From positions 248,001 through 312,000 of the forward strand of contig OZ241826.1 of NCBI GenBank assembly GCA_965202585.1: a stretch of 64,000 nt of DNA, written 5' to 3'. Origin of the DNA: Thalia democratica. Taxonomy: Eukaryota. Made by a program: the position numbers and the translations under genes. Below are positions 40,001 to 52,000 of this stretch, piece after piece. Position 1 is the stretch's first letter. The number at the start of each line of letters is the position of its first letter. The notes beneath the pieces were generated by a model, which was not told the DNA's origin, did no database searches, and saw only the letters and a list, made by a program, of their open reading frames with translations.

Positions 40001-43000
40001 TCTAGACTTTCAACAATTATTACAATGGAATTGTTTGATGTAACAACCGTGGAATTATCAGATGCGCTTAAACATACTTTGGAAATTGTTGCTGAAAATG
40101 CATGCTTGAAATTTCAGTTTAAAAGAAAATTGCTTAATTTGCTACTAAGAGTCATTTAATTTAGCTTGTATCAAAGTATACTACAAATTTTAATTATGGA
40201 GCACAAAATACAACAAATAAAATATGCTGCATTTATCAACGCAATTCAGAACTTAAAAATAAGTTATTACGTTTTATTAACTGTTCCAAACAGAAAAGCA
40301 CTAATTAAAAAAACTCGGCATTCCAACAACTGAATTTCTTTGTTAACACTGAAATTAACAATAAAGTTTTCAAAAGAAGTCTAGACCAAGTTTTAAAAAC
40401 ACAAAAGACTTGTTTGACGCTTAAGTAATTATATATATATTTATAATAAAAAAAAAAACAACTTATTTTCAAATCGTTTACTTAGTTTCAATGCTTTGTG
40501 CATCTCCTTAGAACGAAACAAAGAACAAAGTAAGATTTTTAAAGAATTACACAAAAAACACATTGTGACGTTTCAACTAAAATTCAATAATTTTAGTCAG
40601 CCTATTTTAAAAACAACTATATATATACATATATATATATATATTGTTGGAATACTTTAGTTTAGTTTGCTGCATTTAAGCTGGTATGAAACAAGTGTTG
40701 AACTTATGGGTTTTTCGTATTTAAAAAATGATCTTGTAAATAACAGTTAGTTGCATCATACTTTTTGAAAAAATTACAAGCCGTAGATTAAGATGGTTAT
40801 AAAAAAATTCCCTTAAATAAAAAGTTCCAACAAAAGTCCTGTAGATACTTACTTTTGCACATAACAACCCACCAAGCTAAAGATTACGAAATATTTAAGC
40901 GAAAATCTACGAAGCTTCCGTATAAATGTTACATTAGGTTGCCTGAGGTGCTATTTGTTGCTAAGTAACCACTTGTTGTTGTTAAGCACTCATATTACCA
41001 AGTATCAATGTCAAACATATTGAACGTTCTTAACTCTTTGATTTCAACTTTCGGTATGTGAAAAATAAAAGAAGTCTTTTGAAGTAGATAGTTTGCTGCC
41101 AGAGTTTTATACATTGAAAAAAATTATATTGAAATAAATTTAATATTAGTACCGAACATTACTTAGATTTTTACTAAAGACTTTAAAAATTCAGCAGTAA
41201 GAAATTATAGTTTTGAGTTTATGCCATGAAATCTTGAAAATACAGCTGACGAAAAATAATGACATCCAGCTTAATAACTTTATTTCCAAGTAGTGAAAAG
41301 TACAACTTTATGTTAAGAAATTAACAACATAGACCGCTGCTCAATTAAACACGTGTTATTAAAAATTCAAAGGTTGGTACAATTGCTGTTTTATCAAAAG
41401 ACATCCAAAAAACCTTGTAAAAATTTAAAGACCAGTGTATTTTGCTGAACATAGCTGTAAATTTAACAGGTTTTTATAACTATTTTACAAGAACAATTTA
41501 CGTAATCTTTTATTGCAAGCAAGTGTCGTAAAATCTCATCAAAGTTTTGAAATTCTTATATACACACATGTCATTTACTTCTTTCTACTAAGTTTCAAAC
41601 ACAATTATACAATTACATTTTTTTTGTGAATTATAAAAATTTGCTTTATTTTTTATTAGTGGTAAAATTTTTAAAAGTTTCTGTTATGCAACACTTGAAA
41701 GTTATCACTAAAAGTAAAAAAACTAGCTTAAATTCAAACACAGAACATTATCAAGTATTAAAAAACTTTCAACTAGTTTTTAGAATGCTTTTTTTTGTTT
41801 TAATTAATGGAATGATGCAAGAAGACAAATACTAAACTTTTTGATTATTTCCATATATATTTTATAATTAAAAAAAAATTCGATTTTATTGAACCATTAA
41901 TTACAGAGTCCACGTAAAATCAACACATTATACATTTTTTTAACCTAACACTTAAGTATGTTTTGTAGATAAAATATATGCAATTGGATGAAAAAATAAA
42001 CTAATTTAATCAATATTAACTAAATTAAATATATTACCCCCAAACTTATCAGTTATTTTGGGTTAAATTTGATTAATATTAAACTAATGTTAGTCACATA
42101 ATCAAAATCACAGGCATATTTAAAATAAAATTTTATTAAATGTAAGTAAAGAAAGTGTTGAGTCGAAAATTCGAAGTTTGTAGTTATTATAACAAATATA
42201 ACAAAGATATATTGTAGGGGTATTAAAAAAGTTTCATTTACAAAATTGTATGATTTTACGAAAGCCACAGTGAAATTGTATGATGCCAGCAAGTATTGAG
42301 AAGGATTATTCATACTTAAAAAGATTTTTGTATTAATTATTGGGATTATCTGTCTAAGTATTCGAAAACCTTCTACGAGGGTGGGATATATGGGATGCAC
42401 TGGTGAAATTTCCAGCATTCATCATGAGTTTTGGTGGTAAACTAACTTGTTTCAATATTTTTGATATACGTACTTACTTACATAAAGAGTTTATGTTTAA
42501 AAGATATAAACAATTAAGTGTTTACTTTTATATCAAGTTTCAAGAAGTATAAAAAGTAGATAGTTTTTTAGACTTAGCCTTGTTATACATCAAATTATAT
42601 TAGAAGGGTATTTTATCACCCATAAAATTTTTTCTAAAGTCTCTTAACGAATTTCAATCCGTATCAATAAACTTCAGCTGTTATTTTATGTCAAAACACG
42701 TTTTGTATTGTTTAAAAAGTTTAGAGGTTAATAAGTTTTTGCTTAAAAATTAAAACAAAAGACATGAATGAACAAAGTTAAGGGATGATTGAAACTAACC
42801 CTTCAACGAATTAAAGCATTGAGAAAATAAGACCAACTATGTTGAAAACAAAACAAACCTTCAACACAGATGGGCTCCCCATCAACGAAGGGCGACCACG
42901 TGGTGTCGCCCCTGCACTGAACCTCCGTGGTACCATCTAACACGTGACCACTGTTGCAAACGAACTTGCAAACCGAGTCCAGCTTGCTGCCGTCACTGCA

Positions 43001-46000
43001 CTCTATTATGCCGTTTGTGAGTCCCGTTGGCAGGTTGATGTCGTCGCTACACAAGATCTCTGTTTGTTATTTATTTATTTGTAGTATTTTATATATAAAT
43101 CGAATTTAAAATATTTAAAACTAGAAGAAAAGATCGATATTTAGAACTTTTAAGAATTCATTATGTGTTTTTTTTTTGTTTTTAACAAAATATAACTTTG
43201 TATATGTTTACCGACACTAATTTCTATTTCTACATGAATTATAACTTTTCAATAAAAGGAATGTTTTCTTAGCAAAAATTCAATCGTATTTTGCAGCTTG
43301 ATTTAAAAAAAATGTTTATCAACATGTTTTGATGAACTTTTATTCTTTATCACTTTAATACTAGTAAATGATTATAAGATGATGTATTAGACTACATTGT
43401 TCAAAATTAAACTATTTGGTTATTTAGTTAATTTTTTATTTGTCAAAATCGTAAGTTTCGATATGTCTTTTGGTAACCTTTTTATTAGTAAACTTTATTT
43501 TTGACAAGATTTATTACACTCTTACGTTGGCGAATAATCACCTTGAAGTGAAAAAATATAATAGAAATTTAAATCAAAAACAGTTGCAGCTCAAAGATTA
43601 TCAACTGTTTTGTTATTAACTTATTAAAATAACTCTTAAATATAATTGTAAAAACTAAATATGTTAAACAACTGTGGTATAGTGCATACAAATTTACTTA
43701 TTTTGTTCTTACACTTTTTTTATAACTGTTCAGTGAACATAGGTTCAAAGAAGTTTAGAAATTCATTTTGGGTTAAAACATTGTTTTATTGAATGAAATG
43801 CATAAAATACATACAATTAAACTACAGTTTTAAATGAACAAAAAAACTTATAAAATTCCTGATTTTTTGGTAAAATCTAATACTTGTTTGGAGTTGTTTA
43901 TTTAAACAGCTTTAAAGATATAAATAAAAAAAAAACTAGAAAGAGAAGTAGTTGAAACTCCAGTTTTCAAATATACAATTTCACCTGTACAAACTTGACA
44001 TTAATCCCATTAAAACTAAAAGAATATTAACAATCTCTCTTGCAATATAACTAGAAATTTTTTGAGCTAATCAAATAGATTAATATAATTTAAATTGCCA
44101 GTTTTAACCATCGCATTGTCATTAAGTGAACCACTACATAGAAATTTGGCAAAATGTTTAAGCGAATAGTTTCGCCAGATACCAACCTCTTTTATTGTGG
44201 TTGCATATTACTTGATAATTTGCCAAATGTTTTATTTCGAAAATTTGTAAAATTCTTTGTTTTGAAGTTTGTTTATAAAGATTAAAAAACTTACAACAGG
44301 CAACATCTGATAGTTAAAAAATGTATTTATGCTAAATTTAAAATCGCTTTATACTTATAAAGTTTCTAAAAATCAAGTTCCTCTGTAAACTGAAACAACC
44401 TGAAATAAAAGTTTAGATATAATGTTTTATAGATAATTTTTCAAACCTAGATAAATTTATTATTAGTTAAAGTACTTATCAAGAGCTACAAATATACTGC
44501 TTGATCCTTGTAGTTTTAAAAATTATGAGTTTTAGCTACCATACAGAAATTTAGCAGGTAAAGTATCTTGTTAGGATTGTTCATTAAGTAAACAAATTGA
44601 AATACAATATTAATCACCTACACCAAAAACCTTACCTACAACTAATGTATAATCTAAGACAATTCGTTTCAGCTGAAATATAACTGTCGAAACTAATACC
44701 AGTATATTTTCATTTAGATTTTTAAGTGTCTGACAAAAAATGTATGGTTTTTAAATTTATATTAATATAAAAAATCGTACTGAAAAACAGTAAAATAAAT
44801 GTTTATCTAATGGGTATAAATGTCTTTATTATGACAGTTTTTACTATTCTTTGACAAACTAATGTGTGCTGAAATATATTCAAAAAGAATTAACTTGAAA
44901 ATATAATTTTGGTAGATCAAAAAATCTTCAATTTCCGATATACGGTATTTTAAAGTTGGGGATAAAATGTTTTTTTGAAAATTAATTACACTAAAACACT
45001 GAATATGTTTTAATTTTTTTTATAAAGTCGCACGTGTAGATAATGGGTATACAATCCTCTTATCTTTGTCTGATTCTTGACACTTTCTGCTAAATTCGCT
45101 GATAAAAATTGAACAGATGTTAAAAGGTGATTTTAAATGTTGAAAGATAATTTGTTCCAGATTTATCTGACATTAACTTAAATTCACATTTGCAAATTGT
45201 CCATTAAGTAAATTGCGGTCTCTTCCTACTAAACCACAAATTCACTATAATTTGCATGTTTTAACATTTTAAAAGTTATCAGATATAATGTTATATTTCA
45301 AAGCCGTCATGACATTATAGCATTTAGAGCAATTAAATGTGGTAAAAAATAAATGATAAATGTTCTAAATCACTGCTCCCTAAAGTATTTTGCATACCCT
45401 AAAACGACCGTGCGAGTGTTATTAAGTGAATAATTACAATAATTGGTAATTAATTTATTTGTAATTACAATAATTTTAAGTACCAGTAACTATCAATTTA
45501 AGTTATAATCCATAGATTTATCAATTAAGGTAAAATTTAGGTAAATGTAAATTGTAATTACACTAATTTTATAAAAAGAAATTACTTTGTAAAACCAAAT
45601 ATCCATTAAGTAGATATGTTTAACAACAAACGTACAATTCACAAACTAATTTTGATATCTCTGATGGGAATTGAAATTGTAAACAACTATTAAATTGTTC
45701 CTATAAATTCTTTTATCTGAGTTGTAGTTAAAACTAGAGAGTTTTAAAACTAAAGGTGTAAAATAAAGCAGAACCTTGTATAAGTTACACTGAGGTTAAT
45801 ACTTAACTTAAAGTTGATAAGTTTTAATCATCGTATTCTTAGTACAATGCAATAATTAAAGGTAAAATTCAAGTAATTTAGAATATTGGCATAATGTAAT
45901 TTAATAGGCTTGTCAAACAGATTATTAGAATAATTGTGGTATTTACTTTTAAACTTTTTACGCTTTTTATTAAATACATAAGAGTACAGTAAGATTTAAG

Positions 46001-49000
46001 TTATCATAGAACAGTTATCTAAATTTAATTTAATTTAGTATTTAACCAACACCCACTGCTTAGTTATTATAATGAGTAGGAGTAAAATTTTTAGAGTAAT
46101 GCAGGTTTTTAAAAGTATTACTATTTTAGAACTCTGTATATCTAAAAAGAGTAAAAAAATCAAAAATAAGAATAATTTCAAGCCTAAGAGTAAAATTAGC
46201 AAAAATAAGTATAATTTAAAGCTTACATATAGATAACTTTATATCGTCTATTAACTACAATCGCATAAAAATTAGCTTAGATCTAAGTCCTAAATAAAAT
46301 TATTTTAAGCAAGTCTGTACAATTCATAACGAGATAAAGCGTTTCATATCTTTTATCTACAAATAAAGTAATTAAATGCATTTTCTTTCTTGAAAGCGCT
46401 TCAAGCATACATAAAAAAGCTAGTTTTGTTTATTTTATCTTTTATATGTACATGCAGACTTTCGAAGATCAACGAAGCAAACTTTCATGGGGATTAAAAA
46501 TCATTCGATCAGCTTTATAGCAATAAAACGCGCATTGCAGCAGAACAATAGATTAGAAAGCTGCACACGTCACTTGTTTATTGAAATTTGCTGTAAATCA
46601 CACAAAAGCAGTTAAAATGCCGACACTTTTATTGCTTTTTGGTTTATCGTGCAAATACTGGAATTTGTGGCTTATCGCACGAAGCATGGTAAAAGCAAAA
46701 GCCTGGTTTTTACTTAAGTTATTCGGAGTCGGTAGTTTCAGCGCATAACTGAAAAATGTTCGGATATAAGTATTTAGCAAATAAGCTTTTAATTCATGCT
46801 TTTTTTTTATATTTTTCATGTTAAAGCAAATGCGAAAACTCACTCGTTTTAAAATTATGACCTACAAAGTATAAAATAAAAGCCCGAAGTAGCTAAAAAG
46901 TCGATTTATCTGAAACCACCGACTCCTACTTTCATGACGTGTATGACGTCACAACTAACCGATACACTTGGGCGGTTTGTGGCTCCACCTCCCGCTTCCC
47001 TTGCACTTGGACTTCGCCTTCCCCTCCAGCTCGTAACCCTCGTCGCACTTGGACTTGCAGGTCGATCCAATGTAGTGTCTGTCCGAGCACTTGGTGGCGC
47101 CGTTCTGCGGTGGCGGGAAGTTTCCGCACGAGGGAGGTAGATCGCCCCTGCCCGAGGTCACTGAACCGTAGCGTGTGATTAGTCAAGCGTGTCGTGTTGT
47201 CACGTGGTTTAAAAACTGACCGTTTTGGGGAAAAGTTTTAGATGTCATTTAACTGTTTTTAAAACTTTTTTTAATAAAAAGAAAAAGTTAATGAAAAAAC
47301 GACTAAAACTTGCATGGTGTTTTTTATTCTTAAATAAAACTTTTGATTATTTGTTGTTGGGCAGAAATTTTTGAGAATGGTCAGTTTTTTAATCACGTGA
47401 TTAAACTGCAGTTGCAAATCAACAATCATCGATACATACGTCATAATAAGCTTTAGATAAGCAAATGCAGTGCTGCCTTAAAGTTACATGCTGCAATTTA
47501 TTTTGTAAAATTCTGTAAAAAGATAAATTTTAAGTTTTCGTACAAATTTGAAACTTTAATGACATATGAAAAATTTAATACACTGTACATTGGCTGTGAA
47601 AAGTTCTCACTCATATAATACAAATTTAACCAAGCAAATTTAGCTTTTGAGCTTCGCCGAAGCAAAAATAAATCAACAAAGTATCAAAGCATTGCTATCA
47701 TACAATAATAATAAAATCATGCAAAAGCAAATCATTATAAGCAGCTTTTATCGAAGTAGATAAAATAATGTTTAAAAAATTATAAAGTTAAATTAAACTT
47801 TGGAACTGAGTTAAATACTTGTTACAACTGGAATTAACTGTCTTAGTTTACACTACTTCTAACCGAAGTACTTTAACTTATCTAATACTTTTTACTGAAT
47901 TCTAAAGTTATTCAAAATTGTGGTCGTCAATTGTTCTTCCATTGTTTGTGTTTATTTACATTAAACAACCTTGAAATGAATTCTAAGAAAGTTGTTACAA
48001 AACCTCTTTGTTGCATTTCAATTCAACTCAATCTTAGCAAATAAAAGTATTCTTTTATATTTTAATAAAATGATGTGCAAACAAACTTCATACGCGCTTA
48101 ATCTCTGCAAATTTACTTTTTAAAGTTTTTCCAACACCTGTAAATTACGTAAACAGTGTTGACACAACAAAAAATGGCCCTGCTTTCGAGAATAAAAAGC
48201 CACATTAGTCCAATCAGAGCCAATTAAGTTTTCCCGCCACAAGTTTCAGCGTGTGGAATTTGAAGATGGAATGCAGCATAGTTGCCACGTGGATATAAAG
48301 TGAAAATTTTACTTTAAAAGCTTGTTTGCACCAACTTAAAAGCAAAAGTTTGGAAGTATAGTTTAGTTTGAAATAAATCTTAAATCAAAACCCTGTTTTC
48401 ATAGAACAAATTTATCAGTTTTAATTCTATCACATTCTGATAAACAAACTTATTTCGTGAAAATACTTCAACAGTGATAACTAAAACTTTATCTGATAAG
48501 CTTACGGGTAATTTTAACTTTTAATGATTTGCCTATTGAGTGACTTAACAATCAAGTTTTTGTATCTTTTGAAATTTTCAACTGTTTATAAATCTAAACA
48601 GTTTCGGCATTTCGTTGTTTCCAAACAAGTTAGTCTAAGCATAAAGGTCCTGTAAAACAAAGTTTCCTGACTATAATGGGGGTTTCAAAACTTGGCCACA
48701 AAATTCTACTTCTACATATCACTGAATTTGTTTTACTCAACTTTTATGACGTCACATCATGTTGTACGACGTCACGGTATACTAACCTGGATCTACAGGA
48801 GGCGCAGGAGTTGGTTCCTCCTCTGAAAATTCAGGAACTGCTTGCTCGGACCCGTCGTCCAAGATCTGACTTATTATTTCTGAAATATTTATATTTTAAA
48901 TACTTATATTTAAAAATCATCCAAAATCTCTTTTATTTTTTCTATAATAATCTAATAAATATGATTAAGCACCTAAATTTAATTAAAGCACAAAAACGCT

Positions 49001-52000
49001 TACCACTTGTTATTTTCCGAATTTATAGTCAATTTCCTTATAAAGTAAACAGCTTTTAAAGTTTTAAAAAGTAATTGATATTCAACTTAGTGTAAAAATA
49101 AAAACCTATTTCTACCATATTTTGTTAACATGGCTTTAACAGAACATTTATTACTAGATATATACACCAGTTATAAAAGTTAAAATGAAAGTTGTTTTAG
49201 TAGTTAACCAACTTTAAAAGATTTATTATTGGTTATAGTTTCAACTCAACAGTATAAAAATAGCTGTGAAAAAAACAACAAATAAGAAAGTTAGTGTAAA
49301 GCCTTTAGTTATATGAGTATTAGAAAATCAATAAGTAATTAATAGTATAAATTATAATTTACTAATAATACATAAGCATGTAGTAGTAATTATAATCTAA
49401 ACAATTTTTCATGTAAAAAGTTCTTACATGAATAATTACAACAAACATAGTAACATAAGCAACAATTACAATAAAAATAACAAGAGAAATTTTAAAGACT
49501 CACTCGAACTGATGATGCTACCTACGTTGACGATCTCCTTATTCATCAGATCCCTGATTGTCGATTGAAGAAGATCGAAATTCTTCTCCTGGATACCTAT
49601 CGAGAGGTAGGCTGCGGTTCTCTTTCTGTCTGCCTTTTCGAAGTTGATGAAGCTCACTTGTTCCTGTGTAAATATTATTGAAAAGTTTGTTATGATATTT
49701 GTGTATAAATTTATTCTTTCAATAATTTGTTTTACAAATTAAGTTTCGGTCAGAGACTTCGTCAGTGCTTGAATAAATCTTGATATTTGTGTATAATTTA
49801 AACTTTGATGAAGCTGTTTTTTTCAATATAAGTTTTAATCAATTTACAAGGCAGTTCAAATTGATTATTTGAAACATGTAGAAATTATTAACCTTAGTTA
49901 TAAAAAGGTGATTAAACATAAATGTTTACTTTTATGATTAAAATATTTAATACTTAATATGCTTCTAATGAATGAGACCCGCTTCTATTAAAATAGAGAA
50001 ACATATTGAAAAAGAAAAGAATTGTAACTGAATACAAAGCAAAAATAAATAGTATAACTTGTTATAAAAATTAACTACTAACAAACGAAGTGTGATCTTC
50101 AGAGAATTGTTCAATCATCACCAAGTTGACCTGAAAAAATGTTATTTAATATTATAATGGCAGTATCTCAATAAGACAACTTTTAATTTTTTTATCATGA
50201 TAAAAACAAAACAAATTTCATTAAGCATATTCTATTAAAAAATATTTTTAAATGTTCAGTACAAAAAGTGATGATTAAAATAATTTTTACATTGAGTATT
50301 TTGATAGTGTGCGTACTCAATAGAAAGTGCGTACTTGAGAAGTTCGTACTTGAGAAGTGTGTATTCAAAAAGTGCGTACTCAATAGAAAGTGCGTACTTA
50401 AGAATTTCGTAATTAAGAAGTGCGTACTTGAGAAGTTCGTACTTGAGAAGTGTGTATTCAAGAAGTGCGTACTTGAGAAGTGCGTTTTGAGAAGTGCGTA
50501 CTTAAGAAGTGTGTATTCAAGAAGTGCGTACTAACATGTTCGGTGATGGAGGTCTTATCTTGCTGGTATCTTTGTGAATCTTCCTTCCTCAATTTCTTGT
50601 TGAACTTCTTATCAACAATGATCTCCGCCTTGTAAGTTGCAAGGATCACAGGTTCGTCTTCATCTCCGGTTAGTTTGATTGCTATATTGTAAATTTGGTT
50701 TCAAGTTTTGCAAAAAAAGTTTTTTTTTAAATATATCTTAAAAAGAAAACAAATGCAAACACTTACAAAAAAGTATATATTGTAGTCGCTTATATTGCTT
50801 ATAAGAATTTACAAACCTTAAGAGGTTCAACAGCCTTAAAAAACTATACTTGTACTGAATACTACATTCCAAGAAAACATAAAAATGCGACAACTACAAT
50901 ACGTGTATATTGAAGTTCAACCTTCAACAAAAGTCACGACTACAATACGTGTATATTGAAGTTCAACCTTCAACAAAAGTGACGACCCTCTTCATCACCT
51001 TCCCGTTGTTCTCCGGCCATGACGTCATCACGTTCTCCAGCTCGCTGTAAGTCGTCCCGTAGGTTTCCTGCACCTTCACGTTGATCAGCGCTCTCGTGTC
51101 CTTGCCCAGCGACGCTCCCGGCTCGAACTTCTCAAGGCTGATCTTCATGTCGTTCTCGGACACCGACAGGATGTCTGACACGTACTTGGTTGTCTGTTGG
51201 GAGGAGTTGTTTGTTGATTGAATTAGTTAGTTAGTTGTTATATTTATAGTTAATTGCTATTTGTTACATGTGTTAAGTTGTATTTGTTGTTTTTACATTG
51301 ATATCGCTTCAAACATGCGTTTATGTGGAAACAAAATCGGCTGAGAAACAAAACATATTTGGGTTAAAAGAAAGCGACAGCTTGTAATATTTTATACCAA
51401 TTAAGATTTCAACTCAGACAAAGATACTCTGTGAATGTGTTTAAAGTAAATAGTTTTAGACTTAGAATTTGATTAACAATGTTGAACTCTCCTAACATTA
51501 TTTCAATTCTTGAACGCCTTATGTTAAAAAGAGTTTCAAAAGTATTCAATATTCAGAAAACAAAAAGTGTTGTAAGCTGACAAGTTAGCTGATGATGTGT
51601 TACAGTTAGTACACATTATTATGGGTGTGTCCCAACCTTGCACCAATTTAAACAACGTTATTCAATCATCTTCAATTATTTACACCCAGTAAACCTTTTT
51701 ATCACTTTATAGGTGCTACATGTTCAATGATGATGTTTGATAAATGCATAAGATCAATCATAATAGTTTGAATATACACATTTTCAATGTAGTTTTACAT
51801 AGAGGTGTGTTTAAACTTAATCAAGCTTAAAATTTAATTTTCTTCTTTTACACAATCTGGCCGTCAGTTTAATAATTACGTCACAAACGTTCTTTTAAAC
51901 CTGGGAAGAAATTAATTGAACCGGCGATAGTTTCATTAGAACTGAAATTATTATGTTCATATTTCTTTGTTCAATGCTAACTACATTAAAGGCTTTTCTA

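Noticed and set aside
42053-42418. 121-aa minus ORF in intron 11, and a possible NUMT if TGA were read as Trp on the plus strand
   Set aside because: F/I/L/N-biased composition typical of AT-rich noise; TAA and TAG stops remain under mitochondrial codes; no recognisable mitochondrial protein motif.
6754-47186. Plus-strand or off-frame ORFs overlapping GC-rich exons (6754-7077, 14180-14419, 22965-23174, 31812-32194, 46934-47178 and others)
   Set aside because: Antisense or alternative-frame shadows of stop-poor, GC-rich exons; no independent splice or domain support.
50195-50649. ORFs with STHFL / KCVLE repeats
   Set aside because: Artefacts of the 15-bp minisatellite; only 50536-50681 is a real exon.
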